Shown here: piece by piece, positions 9,965 through 19,747 of the stretch | Layout of the letters: each line of letters opens with the position of its first letter | Numbering within the stretch: position 1 is the stretch's first letter | Assembly (NCBI GenBank): GCA_963719315.1 | Contig: CAVRBU010000002.1 | Span: forward strand, 160,001 to 224,000 | Reading direction: 5' to 3' | DNA length: 64,000 nucleotides | From: an uncultured Planctomycetota bacterium | GTDB lineage: Bacteria; Planctomycetota; Planctomycetia; Pirellulales; Lacipirellulaceae | Position numbers and translations under genes: made by a program | The notes under the pieces: model-generated | Seen by the model: the letters and a program-made list of their open reading frames with translations, nothing else | Databases searched by the model: none | Told to the model about the DNA's origin: nothing

Positions 9965-11623
9965 TCAATCCGCCACCCGCCACCGCACCTGAAATAGCCG
10001 AATCATCACCAAAACCAAAACCGCGTTGTATAAAATCGTCCAGCCAACGTATCCGAAGAAAATGCGCAAGTCCGACGCCGCCGCCCTCGCGGCCGCGGCC
10101 GCCTCTGAACTGTTCAACGTTGCCCCTTCGGAGCTTTCAACGTCGAGCGGCAGCGCGAACGTCGCCGAAAACGGGCTGAGGACGCCCACCTTGCTCGCGA
10201 TCGCGGCCTGCGACGTGCCCTGAAAAAACGTCTGCGCGAAAAACTTCACCGCCACCGGCGCCATGAACATCACGACGATAATCATGTACGTCGAGATCAG
10301 GCTGGTGGCTGTCTTTTGAAAGATGCTCGAACAAAACAGGGCCGTCACGGCCGTCGTCAGACACGTCAGTGCGACGATCAGCACATAGCCCGCCATCGTC
10401 GGCAAATTGCGCCAAAACGGCAGCGGCATGACGCACGCCAGCAGCACCGGCCACAGCAAAAACGATGTCAGCACGCTCGAAACCCGCAGCCCCGAAAGCA
10501 GTTTGCCCCACAGCATTTGCCACGGCGTCACCAGCGTCACCAGCAGCAAATCGAGCGTTTGCCGCTCGCGTTCGCTCGTGACGCTCCCCGCCGAGAACAC
10601 TGGCCCGACTAGGACGTTGAACAAGATTACGTATGAAATGTACCAGGCTGCGAGTGCCGGCGCGATGTACAAGCAGGCCGCCATCACGAACAGCGCCAGC
10701 AGCATGCTGATCTGAACCACCAGCCGCAGCATGAGCGTGCCTTGGCTGAAAATCTCGCTCCGCATTTCCTTGTCGTAGATCGGGTTCGTGCCCTCCTCCA
10801 TGAACGTGTTGCGCTTGGGCGGCGCGAATAATCTATCCGGAAATTCATCGCGCTTGATGTACAGCCCGACTGCCTCGCGGGCCTCTGTCTCCAGATCAAC
10901 GACTTCTTTCCCCTCGCTGCCCAAATCGGGCGGATACAACAGCCGCCGGCAGGCGTTGTGCCACATCAACGCCGACAGCGACACGCACACGACCGGCACG
11001 ACCGTAAGCACGACCAGCAATCGCAGCCCGCCAAGCTGCTCCATCTGCTGCCACACCAGCACGCACACGGCCGCCAGCGGTAGAATCATCAAATACGACA
11101 CGACCAGCGACGCGCTGGTGCGCTTGAAATAGCTGCTGGCCCACAGGCTGATCATGCCGAACAGTCCGACGGTCGAGATCATGCCGAAATAGGCCACGAT
11201 CACTTCGTACAACGAGACGCCGCCCAGCGGCAGGCACAACATCACGATCGGCAGCGAGCAGATCATGAGAATGCCCAGATGGCACAACGCCGCGAACAGC
11301 TTCCCCAGCACGATCGCCCCCGGCCGCAACGGCGTTGCGAGGAGCATTTCATAGCTCATCCGCTCTTTTTCACCCGTGATCGCCCCCGCTGCAAAGCTCG
11401 GCGCCATCATCGAGGCGAGTATGTACTGCCCGAAAAAGAACAAATTAACGAGCCGCTTCGCGGCTTCCGGCTGAGCGAGATCCAACCGCTGCTGCTGCGG
11501 CCAGGCCAGCCACACGACACCGCCCAACAGCGCCACGTACACGAACAACAGCACAAACGCCCGCGGCATCCGCAGGTTCGTGAGCAGCTCGCGCTGTAGG
11601 ACGGGGTTTTCTCGGACGTACAT
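9965..11623 (-). CDS. ABC-2 type transporter permease with two tandem permease modules
   Basis: ENPVLQREL start; two signatures GAITGEKERMSYEMLLATPL and GSVTSERERQTLDLLLVT; start set at ATG 11623 because the upstream in-frame part is repeat-derived. Confidence 0.88.
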   Translation of the reverse strand: MYVRENPVLQRELLTNLRMPRAFVLLFVYVALLGGVVWLAWPQQQRLDLAQPEAAKRLVNLFFFGQYILASMMAPSFAAGAITGEKERMSYEMLLATPLRPGAIVLGKLFAALCHLGILMICSLPIVMLCLPLGGVSLYEVIVAYFGMISTVGLFGMISLWASSYFKRTSASLVVSYLMILPLAAVCVLVWQQMEQLGGLRLLVVLTVVPVVCVSLSALMWHNACRRLLYPPDLGSEGKEVVDLETEAREAVGLYIKRDEFPDRLFAPPKRNTFMEEGTNPIYDKEMRSEIFSQGTLMLRLVVQISMLLALFVMAACLYIAPALAAWYISYVILFNVLVGPVFSAGSVTSERERQTLDLLLVTLVTPWQMLWGKLLSGLRVSSVLTSFLLWPVLLACVMPLPFWRNLPTMAGYVLIVALTCLTTAVTALFCSSIFQKTATSLISTYMIIVVMFMAPVAVKFFAQTFFQGTSQAAIASKVGVLSPFSATFALPLDVESSEGATLNSSEAAAAARAAASDLRIFFGYVGWTILYNAVLVLVMIRLFQVRWRVAD

Positions 11624-11626
11624 GAT

Positions 11627-11661
11627 GAGGAGCGAGTGGTGAGAAACGAGGAGCGAGGGGC
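11627..11661. repeat. Heptamer array, left arm flanking the four-helix-bundle gene
   Basis: GAGGAGC GAGTGGT GAGAAAC GAGGAGC GAGGGGC. Confidence 0.8.
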
Positions 11662-11682
11662 GGAGATTTCCCAATAGCCAAG

Positions 11683-12075
11683 TTAATACTCTTTGCGAAG
11701 CTTTGCATTCAAAGACCGTCGCAATCCGGCCAACATGCGGCTTTCTTCATCGAGCATGCTCATAACTGGCTCCATCGCTTGTCGCGTTACATATTCTAGC
11801 CGCTGTGCTATTATCAATTGTGTTTCTAATTCCTAATTCCTAATTCCTAATTCCGAAACTGAACCACGCGAGATTGCCAAGAAACGAATCAGGTCCTTGG
11901 TATGGCCTCGACAATGGCCTTCCGCGATATTGGACGAGATTGAAATCGCGGCGCGTCGCATTTGGCTTGTGAGGCCATAAGTCTCACGCCGTGGAAATGT
12001 TTCGGTTAATCGATAAATCGCGACTGAAATCTCAACGCCGAGCTGCCACACCTTTAGGTCACGGTAGCCGTCCAT
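11683..12075 (-). pseudogene. Four-helix-bundle protein (23S rRNA IVP / TIGR02436-like), interrupted by an in-frame TAG
   Basis: YRDLKVWQ...FPRRETYGLTSQMRRAAISISSNIAEG...FLAISRGSVSEL; after the TAG at 11833-11835 the same frame continues ELETQLIIAQRLEYV...RMLAGLRRSL to a TAA at 11683. Confidence 0.9.
11823..11857 (-). repeat. (GGAATTA)x4 tandem expansion inside the four-helix-bundle gene
   Basis: + strand TTTCTAA TTCCTAA TTCCTAA TTCCTAA TTCCGAA. Confidence 0.95.
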
Positions 12076-12106
12076 CGAGATACTCCAATCATGTCGTCCG
12101 ACTCGC

Positions 12107-12134
12107 GCTCCTCGCCGCTCGCTCCTCGCAACTC
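12107..12134. repeat. Heptamer array, right (inverted) arm flanking the four-helix-bundle gene
   Basis: GCTCCTC GCCGCTC GCTCCTC GCAACTC; overlaps the argG stop. Confidence 0.8.
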
Positions 12135-13347
12135 AATACTTCCGCGGCCGAACATTCCCCAACACCCTTCCCGGCAACCCTTGGATCCGCAAAAAGCCTT
12201 CCGCGTCCGTTTGATCGTAACTGCCGCCCGCTTCCATGCTGGCCGTTGCCGCATCGTACAAGCTGTTCGGACTCGTCCGCCCGCGCACGAGTACGTTCCC
12301 CTTATAGAATCCTAGTGTCACCTCGCCATTCACCGCCTGCTGCACTTCGCGCGAGAATGCCATGAGTGCATCCATCTTCGGCACGTACCAAAAGCCGTAA
12401 TAAATCATCTCGGCCACTTCCGGCGCAAGCCGATCGCGCAAGTGCACTGTATCGCGATCGAGCGTCAATTGTTCAATCGCCAAATGGGCCGCATACAACG
12501 CCGTCATCCCCGGCGCCTCGTATACGCCGCGACTCTTCATGCCCACAAACCGATTTTCGACGATATCAATCCGCCCCACGCCATTACGGCCGGCAATCGT
12601 ATTCATCTCCTCGACCATCTCCAGAGCCGACCGCCGCTTGCGGCTTAGCGCGACCGGCACGCCCTTCTCAAAACCCACCGTCACTTCCTCAACCTTATCA
12701 GGCGCCTGCTGCGGCGACACAGTCATCCCGAAATCGATGATCGACACGCCATCCACCGCTGGGTCTTCGAGCTTCCCCGCCTCATAGCTAATGTGCAGGC
12801 AATTCTCATCCGAGCTGTACGGTTTGGCGATCGACGCCTTCACCGGAATCTTTTTCGCCGTGCAGAAATCGATCATCTCCTTGCGGCCGGGGAACTTGTC
12901 TCGATATTTCTTGATTCGCCACGGAGCCACGACTTTAATCCCCGGCTCCAGCGCCTCGGCCGCCAATTGGAACCGGCACTGATCGTTTCCCTTGCCCGTC
13001 GCTCCGTGCGCGAACGCATTCGCCCCCACTTCGCGGGCCACCTGCAAGCAAGCCTTTGCGATCAGTGGCCGAGCGATCGAAGTGCCCAGCAGATAAATGC
13101 CCTCGTACTTCGCCTGCCACCCCAACACCGGAAACGCGAAGTCGCGGCATAGCTCCTCGCGGGCATCCACAATCCGCGCCGACGCCGCCCCGCAATCGCG
13201 GGCCTTCTTCAAAATCGCCTCGCGATCCTCGCCCGGCTGCCCCAGGTCGATATACGCGCAGTGCACGTCGTAACCTTCATCTTGCAACCAGCCGAGAATG
13301 ACCGAAGTATCGAGACCGCCAGAGTACGCGAGAACGCAAGAGGGCAT
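12133..13347 (-). CDS. argG: Argininosuccinate synthase
   Basis: VLAYSGGLDTS, HGATGKGNDQ, ENRFVGMKSRGVYEAPG; start set at MPSCVLAYS. Confidence 0.97.
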   Translation of the reverse strand: MPSCVLAYSGGLDTSVILGWLQDEGYDVHCAYIDLGQPGEDREAILKKARDCGAASARIVDAREELCRDFAFPVLGWQAKYEGIYLLGTSIARPLIAKACLQVAREVGANAFAHGATGKGNDQCRFQLAAEALEPGIKVVAPWRIKKYRDKFPGRKEMIDFCTAKKIPVKASIAKPYSSDENCLHISYEAGKLEDPAVDGVSIIDFGMTVSPQQAPDKVEEVTVGFEKGVPVALSRKRRSALEMVEEMNTIAGRNGVGRIDIVENRFVGMKSRGVYEAPGMTALYAAHLAIEQLTLDRDTVHLRDRLAPEVAEMIYYGFWYVPKMDALMAFSREVQQAVNGEVTLGFYKGNVLVRGRTSPNSLYDAATASMEAGGSYDQTDAEGFLRIQGLPGRVLGNVRPRKY

Positions 13348-13462
13348 GGGAGGATTCAGGGTGCGGGATACAGGGGGCAGGGAAAGGTTAAACGCGCTGT
13401 ATAGACGCGCCTTGCCCATTGTGGTTCGCGGATGCCAACGTGACAAGGATGCGGCGAAACAC

Positions 13463-13538
13463 GTAGGGTGCGTCGAGTCTGCGAGACGCACCAAGAACCG
13501 CGTCGCAATGGTAGGTCTCGTTCCTCGACCCACCCTAC
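13463..13538. repeat. REP doublet (GTAG...CTAC)
   Basis: GTAGGGTGCGTCGAG...CGAGACGCACC paired with GGTAGGTCTCG...CTCGACCCACCCTAC. Confidence 0.7.
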
Positions 13539-13540
13539 AA

Positions 13541-14821
13541 CTATTCTGACCCCTTGCCTCGCACCTCTGGCATCTCCCCGCGCGGCAACTCCGCCGCCCG
13601 GATATTGCGAAACAAGAAATTCGTCGTCGCATCGTGGCCTTGGATCGCGATCGCCCCGCCCGCATCGCGGCGGCCTTCGCGGGCGTTTTCCTTGGCCGGC
13701 CGCGTGTCGGTCCAGTCGCTCACCTGATAGCCGTTCACCCAGACCGCCATGTGCGGCCCATCGGCCACGATCGTATTCGTAAACCACTGATGATCGTCCG
13801 CCACGACCCGCCGCGCCGGCTGCCGCCGATAGATGCCACCTGTCCCGAAATCGGCCGGTTTCGTCCGGTCGCCATCTTTGAACACATTATTGATCTGGCT
13901 CTCATACCCGGCCCACCGCCCTTCGCGCAGCGTGCGGAAGAAGATGCCGGAGTTCAGCCCGTCGCCGTTTACCTTGCACTCCGCCTGCAACACGAAATTT
14001 GCAAAGTCGCCGGTCGAATCAATCTGCCCAGGCCCGTTCGTGAGATGCAGTTCGCCGTTCTTCGTCACTTCGAATGTGCTTTTCTCCGCGCGATCCGTGC
14101 TCCAGCCCGTTAAGTCTTTACCATTGAACAACGGCCTGAGTCCTAACGGCCGCAATCGAATGCTAAGAAACGAAACCGGCCCGCTGTTCGACTGCAAGGC
14201 GATGTGTCCGCGGCGAATTGGCTTTGGGTCTGAATACTTTAGGCGAGGTCCTCCAGCTACGGTAACGACAATCCATTCGCCCCGTGCCCCGATCGACAGT
14301 CCCTGGCGACCATCCGACAAAGACGTTCCGCCTTCGATCACTTCGACTTTCTTGCGACCGACGATACTGCCTGTGGGGAACGGGTTTTGTGACGGAGCAA
14401 TATTGACTTCATAACAATCTTTGGCCGGGTCGGTTGGATGCAACCCGGTGCGCAAGAAAATGCCGCTGTTTGTGGAAGCCGGCGCCTTGAATTCGAGGAT
14501 GAGTACAAAATCCGCCCACTCAGTCGTCGTCATCAAAAACCCAGGCTTCGAGCCATCGGTGCGAATCTCGCCGTCGACAACATTCCACGTCGCGTCTCCT
14601 ACTGGCTGCCAGCCAAACAGCGTTTCGCCGTCGAACAGAGAAATCCAACCCTGTTCCAGCAACTTCTGCGGCAACAATTTCGGCTCGGCAGCGACTGTTG
14701 GCGGTACGAACGTGATCGCGCCTAGCCAGACCGCAATGCAGAATTGCAAATTGAAAATTGCAAACTGAAAATTGAAAATTCCGGACTCGGCAATTTGCAT
14801 TTTGCAATTTTCATTTTTCAT
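13541..14821 (-). CDS. Secreted tandem DUF1080 (3-keto-disaccharide hydrolase-like) protein
   Basis: Two repeats of LF(D/N)GxxLxGW...NSGIF...YE...G(H/A)IA(L/I)Q...FxxIR; the first ~30 aa are encoded by a heptamer array. Confidence 0.88.
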   Translation of the reverse strand: MKNENCKMQIAESGIFNFQFAIFNLQFCIAVWLGAITFVPPTVAAEPKLLPQKLLEQGWISLFDGETLFGWQPVGDATWNVVDGEIRTDGSKPGFLMTTTEWADFVLILEFKAPASTNSGIFLRTGLHPTDPAKDCYEVNIAPSQNPFPTGSIVGRKKVEVIEGGTSLSDGRQGLSIGARGEWIVVTVAGGPRLKYSDPKPIRRGHIALQSNSGPVSFLSIRLRPLGLRPLFNGKDLTGWSTDRAEKSTFEVTKNGELHLTNGPGQIDSTGDFANFVLQAECKVNGDGLNSGIFFRTLREGRWAGYESQINNVFKDGDRTKPADFGTGGIYRRQPARRVVADDHQWFTNTIVADGPHMAVWVNGYQVSDWTDTRPAKENAREGRRDAGGAIAIQGHDATTNFLFRNIRAAELPRGEMPEVRGKGSE

Positions 14822-14829
14822 TTTTCAAT
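14741..14829. repeat. Inverted heptamer array (AAATTGM class)
   Basis: GAATTGC AAATTGA AAATTGC AAACTGA AAATTGA ... GCAATTT GCATTTT GCAATTT TCATTTT TCATTTT. Confidence 0.9.
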
Positions 14830-15297
14830 CTCCTCGATTTCCAGCCGCACTTCGCCCACCAGTCCACCCGGCGGGTGCGTTTCGCCATCGTCGTTGGCCG
14901 CTCCGGTCGCGTCAAGCGCCGGGTGTTCCACGACAATTTCTAAGCGATTGTGATTTTCTAGCAAGCATGTGATATCCAACCGAAACGGCGGCTCGCTCCA
15001 ACGAACGTCACCCAGTCGCTTGTCGCTTAGTGTAATCACGCCCTGCGACCGTGAAGGTTCGACTACCAAAAACACGCGCTCGCCAGATTCCAACCCCGTC
15101 GGCTTTTGAAACGTGCGCCGATACCGCACGCGGCCCAAGAAATCGCCTCCGCAAGTTGCCGACCAATCCGCCGGCATCGTCACCCGCGCGGCGGGCGGCA
15201 AATCGTCCGAAACCGGCCGGTACGTTCCGTCGGACTGCAAGAGAAAGCGAGCCACCGGCTCAACCAGCCACGGCCCACGAAGGCGAATGATGTGCAT
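14818..15297 (-). CDS. GH2 sugar-binding-domain-like small protein
   Basis: IRLRGPW...MPADW...GRVRYRRTF...RLDIT...NRLEIVV...GGLVGEVRLEI. Confidence 0.75.
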   Translation of the reverse strand: MHIIRLRGPWLVEPVARFLLQSDGTYRPVSDDLPPAARVTMPADWSATCGGDFLGRVRYRRTFQKPTGLESGERVFLVVEPSRSQGVITLSDKRLGDVRWSEPPFRLDITCLLENHNRLEIVVEHPALDATGAANDDGETHPPGGLVGEVRLEIEEIEK

Positions 15298-15301
15298 GAA
15301 T

Positions 15302-15391
15302 GGTCGAGGGTCGAGGGTGGAGTGTCGAGGGACGCAATATGACGAAGTATTTCCTTCTGGCCCTCGACCCTAGACCCTCAACCATCGACCC
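15302..15391. repeat. Inverted heptamer array (GGTCGAG class)
   Basis: GGTCGAG GGTCGAG GGTGGAG TGTCGAG ... CCCTCGA CCCTAGA CCCTCAA CCATCGA; fills the intergenic gap. Confidence 0.9.
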
Positions 15392-15395
15392 TTCC

Positions 15396-17515
15396 TCACT
15401 CCGGCATAAAATGCTGATTCACGCGTACCTGGCGGATCGCTCGGCTGTCGCGCTCGTAGGATCGCAGTAGGACCTGCACGCCGCGGAGCGGCTTGTCGTA
15501 CGGCGGTACCGTCTCCCGCTCGCCTACGTCGTCGACGCCCAACCGAATGTCGGGGATGACCGTGTTCGTAGCCGGATCATAGTAGTGGCCGTAGTCGTCC
15601 AGCCCATTCGTGCCTTCATCAATCAGCGGCGCACCTGTGCCGTCGTGATTGTCGATCTGCCACTTGCCGTTCTCGATCTCGTCATCGTCCTCATTCAGAC
15701 CGTCGTTCTCGTAATGGAATGACCATGTATCGTACACCGAGTAGCCCGGCGCCAACTGATTACCATACACATCGCTCAGCGCTCGCGCCGTGAAAAACCA
15801 GGGCACGGCCGAGGAGGAGAAATCCGGGGAAAGAAACACTGGATTTGGCAAGCCGAAACCATATCCCAAGTCCACATACGCACCTTGGCCCACGTAAGGG
15901 AAAGTCACGTTCTGGTTGGAATTGTTTCTTCCAATCGCGCCCGAACCGTCGGCCTTCATATTATCATCACTCGTGTACGCAATCGCCCACCCCGGGTCGC
16001 TAGGCGTAAGCTGCGTATCCGTGGGGACGTGCCGAAAGATCGGCGCCCCCGGATCGAACGCCCGCACGTCGAACGCCAGCACGTCGGTGAGCATCACATC
16101 CTCGCCGCGCCGCGCGCCCACAAGGGTACAGGACCGTGCAGCACCCGCACTACGGCTCCATCATCATTGAGCATCGCCTGAGCGGTCGCCGGTACGGGCG
16201 GCACACCGCTCAGCGTTTTGTCAACGTAGGCAAATGGCCGTGCTTTATACTGTCTCGATGCGTCAGTGTAACTCAACGGGTCGGTCGCATACGAAATTAC
16301 TGTCTTGTTCTTGGCGATGTTCGCCGTCGCTTTCGCATCGGTACTTGGCTTTCCGATCTCAGGATCCACGACAAAGGATACTGGCTGCGTGCTGCCCGAG
16401 TAGTCACTACCGATCGAAACCAGCGGGAATGGATAAATCCGCTTGGATAGATTCGACGAGCCGCTGCCAAGCAAGAATCCATAATGGCAGAAGCGGTTTT
16501 CGCGCTTTGTCAGATCACCTAGCGTATTGGCCATGATCTTCCACCGCGTAAGATTCGGATCCCACTCCAAACGCGCCGATATATCATATCGATCCTGAAA
16601 CGCGATGAGCGAAGCAATCGCCTCTTCCAGCGAACTCGTCTTTTGCAGTACGCGCAACAGCCCTGGCTCCGCTTTGATCGTCGACCCGTTATGCGTAAAC
16701 GTCCCCGCGGAATTTGCTACCGCCAAATACGGGTTTAACCACGGCGCAATGAGCAGCGTGCGGCGATACACTGTCCGCATTCCGGGTTCGCCGAAGAAGT
16801 GGTTGGCCGTTGGATCATCTGTGAGAGCCGCCGTCGTGTAGCCGGGATTCTCGATCGCGAACCAAACAACCTCGGCCAGCGGCGATTCAAAATTCTGCGC
16901 CTTCCATTGATCGAATGTATACGCCGAATTGCCGGTTCCCACGCTCGCCGGCATCCGCCCGACGAACGGCTTGTGCTCATTGCGGACCGTCAGCATCAAG
17001 ATGTCGTCATAGTCCCCGAGCCCGCTGCCGTCGGTGGCCCAACCGGGTTGTAACGTGCCGGTTGCGTCCTTGAACGGCAAATTGCCCGAAGGCAGAATCG
17101 ATGTTGCGTGATTGATTTCCGGATTGAATGTGAGAGGGTCATCTATGCCATCCACCAAGATGCTGGCGTTCCCTTCCCGATACGGCCCCTCGATGAGTTC
17201 AATGTATCCGTGGTTCGATTCGGGCCGCTGCCACGTGAGGCCGGGGCAGGTTGCGCCTTGCAGATCTTGTTGCAGCACATTGCGTACCTGCCGGATCTGG
17301 CCATTCATCTCCATCGTTGCCCGATGATCTCGCACGCTATTGCTCACATTGGCAAACAGGGTAACGACCGCCGCCATCATCACCAGCGTGATGGCCATCG
17401 CCACCAGCATCTCGACCAACGTGAAGCCCAACGTAAGCGAGTTTCTCCGAAACTCGCATCCGAGTTCCGAAGAAACTCGGCCACGACGCCCGCGCAAACA
17501 GTTGAGAAGTGTCAT
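15396..17515 (-). CDS. Large prepilin-type N-methylation protein (PulJ/GspJ-like), split by a frameshift near 16118
   Basis: GFTLVEMLVAMAITLVMM; ORFs 16094-17515 and 15396-16121 join if one G is added to GGG (LWGARRGEDVMLT). Confidence 0.8.
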
Positions 17516-17640
17516 AGGAAAAGTCCTCTCGCCCAGACCCGCGGCCCCTACCGCGGCCCTGTTCCACTACCATTATGCCCCCCGGAGACGAAAAGGTCGA
17601 GAGAATCCCACTTCACGGCTCCAAACTTGCCGAATCGAGC

Positions 17641-17695
17641 ATAGCCGCGACGCTACGCGTCGCCGGGCCTCGGCGACCTGTAAGGTCGCGGCTAT
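17641..17695. repeat. REP-like palindrome / possible terminator after terC
   Basis: ATAGCCGCGAC...GTCGCGGCTAT with inner hairpins. Confidence 0.55.
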
Positions 17696-17726
17696 TTCCG
17701 CTTGATCAGAACGCAATAATCCAGGG

Positions 17727-18755
17727 CTATTTGCCTATTTCATCGTTCGCGAGGTCCGCCGCCTTCTCCCGCTGCACGGCGACGAGCGACGCCGCGATCG
17801 ACGTCCCCAGCAGCCCGATAATCACCGCGAGCGATAGCCACGGCGCCGGTTCCCACCACTCGTGCAGCATCATCTTGACACCAATGAAAATCAGGATGGC
17901 AGACAGCCCATAACTCAAATAGCGGAACAAACCCATCACCCCGGCCAGCAGGAAGTACAAGGCCCGCAAACCCATGATCGCAAACACGTTCGACGTAAAC
18001 ACGATGAACCGATCGTCCGTGATCCCGAAAATGGCCGGTACGCTGTCGATGGCAAACACCACGTCCGTGCTCTCGATCACCAGCAGCACCAAGAATAGCG
18101 CGGTCACGAGCAGCCGTCCGTCCTCGCGTACAAAAAACCGGTCGCCGTGCGAACCCTTTGCCACCCGCAAGTATTTGCGTGCAAGCCGCAGCACGAGGTT
18201 CTGATCCGGATGCGTTTCGCTGCCGTGGGCTGTGGCCAGCTTGATGCCGGTGTAAATCAGAAACGCACCGAAGATGTAGAAGATCCACTCGTATCGCTTC
18301 AGCAGTTCGCCGAACACCAGGATGAACGTCAGCCGCATCACGATCGCGCCGAGGATCCCCCAAAACAACACGCGATATTGGTATTTGAGCGGCACACCGA
18401 AATACGCGAAGATCACGACAAACACAAACACGTTGTCCATCGACAACGACCACTCCACGAGATACCCGGTAATGAAGTGGACGGCATGCTTCGATCCGGC
18501 CCAGTACCAGAGGAAGCCGTTGAATATCAGGGCCAAGGCACACCAGAAAACCGTCCACAGCGCCGACTCGCGCAACGATGGCTCATGCGAATGGCGGTGG
18601 AACACGAACATGTCCAGTGCCAGCAGAACGACCGTACCGGCACAAAAGGCAACCCAGTACTCCCACGGAAGAACCAGGTGACCGTTCGTTACGGGCGCGG
18701 TAGCACCAGCGGCAATTTCGGCGAGCAATGGCACTCTAAACGGCTCCGGCGGCAT
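17727..18755 (-). CDS. TerC/Alx family membrane protein
   Basis: GYLVEWSLSMDNVFVF, YRVLFWGILGAIVMR, DVVFAIDSVPAIFGIT, TSNVFAIMGLRALYF; start uncertain. Confidence 0.93.
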   Translation of the reverse strand: MPPEPFRVPLLAEIAAGATAPVTNGHLVLPWEYWVAFCAGTVVLLALDMFVFHRHSHEPSLRESALWTVFWCALALIFNGFLWYWAGSKHAVHFITGYLVEWSLSMDNVFVFVVIFAYFGVPLKYQYRVLFWGILGAIVMRLTFILVFGELLKRYEWIFYIFGAFLIYTGIKLATAHGSETHPDQNLVLRLARKYLRVAKGSHGDRFFVREDGRLLVTALFLVLLVIESTDVVFAIDSVPAIFGITDDRFIVFTSNVFAIMGLRALYFLLAGVMGLFRYLSYGLSAILIFIGVKMMLHEWWEPAPWLSLAVIIGLLGTSIAASLVAVQREKAADLANDEIGK

Positions 18756-19012
18756 CGAGGGGTGGCTACGGTCGAGCCGAAGGCGAGCCCCCAGGCGCGC
18801 CCTTGGGGTCGTCCGCCGCGGCGGACTCCACCCCACCCACCCATCATGATGAATTCAATAAAGCTAGCGCGAACAGTCGCATTATCTTAGGCCGTGCCAG
18901 CACCCCCAGCAACCAGAGGCAGATGCACTAACAAGGATTACAAGTTTTTGCCATGCTATCGAGCAAGCGAGTCGATGAATAAAGTGAACGACGCGACGCA
19001 GGCTTTTCGGTA

Positions 19013-19729
19013 ATGCACGACTCCCCACCAATCGCGCCAAAGCCAATCGTACACCGGTCGATGGCCCGCGTTGCGCACTGCGACGCGACGTTGCCGCGAG
19101 AGCTATCGGACCAGTTGCGGCAGCAGCCCGAGGCCCTTCTCCATCGCGGCGAGCAACTACGATCCAACGGTGCACGGTGCACGGTACGTCTGGCGTGGCA
19201 GTCGCAGTCGTTCGTGCTCAAGCATTACGTCGAGCCAACCCGCCGGCACGCGCTCAAGCAAATGGTGCAACCGTCGCGGGCTTGGAGCACTTGGAAATTC
19301 ACGCACCGCCTCGCCGATTCCGGCGTCGCCACGCCTCGGCCCGTGGCCTGTGTCGAAAACCGCTGGGGTCCGCTGCGGCGCGACTCGTTCTTGATGTACC
19401 CGTACGTGGAAGGGCAGACGCTTCGCTCACTATTCACAGCCGAGGCGAAGCAAACACCCGCGATGCGCGAGCAGCTCTGGCAGCAGCTACATGAACTGTG
19501 GCAGCGGCTCGTTGAGCTTCGCGTCAGCCTGGGCGACACCAATCTGGGCAACTTCATCGTCTCGCCCGCCGGCCAATTGTGGCTGATCGATCTCGACAAA
19601 AGCCGCTTTCATCGCAGTTGCTACGCCGCCTTCCGGCACCAGCAGCGGGCCTGGAAACAGCTACTCCGCAGCGCCAGCAAATGCGGCGCAATCAGTGTGA
19701 CGCACTTAGGAAATAACCGCGCCGCTTGA
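19013..19729 (+). CDS. Lipopolysaccharide kinase (Kdo/WaaP/InaA-like) family protein
   Basis: FVLKHY, GVATPRPVA, GDTNLGNFIV, LWLIDLD. Confidence 0.8.
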   Translation: MHDSPPIAPKPIVHRSMARVAHCDATLPRELSDQLRQQPEALLHRGEQLRSNGARCTVRLAWQSQSFVLKHYVEPTRRHALKQMVQPSRAWSTWKFTHRLADSGVATPRPVACVENRWGPLRRDSFLMYPYVEGQTLRSLFTAEAKQTPAMREQLWQQLHELWQRLVELRVSLGDTNLGNFIVSPAGQLWLIDLDKSRFHRSCYAAFRHQQRAWKQLLRSASKCGAISVTHLGNNRAA

Positions 19730-19747
19730 TGATCTTGATAAGATCAG

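Noticed and set aside
11833..11835. Amber readthrough or recoding in the four-helix-bundle gene
   Set aside because: The TAG is fully explained by the 21-nt tandem duplication, and TAG is a normal stop in many genes here
11683..12075. Diversity-generating retroelement (Avd-like gene)
   Set aside because: No reverse transcriptase and no TR/VR pair seen in the window
13544..13578. Possible degenerate heptamer arm at the DUF1080 C-terminus
   Set aside because: Too degenerate and no partner arm; not counted
13348..13665. N-terminal extensions of argG (also fliA 21696-21806, mdh 28440-28625, fliQ 52355-52444) in the ORF track
   Set aside because: They run through repeats or intergenic DNA; homology motifs begin at the downstream starts
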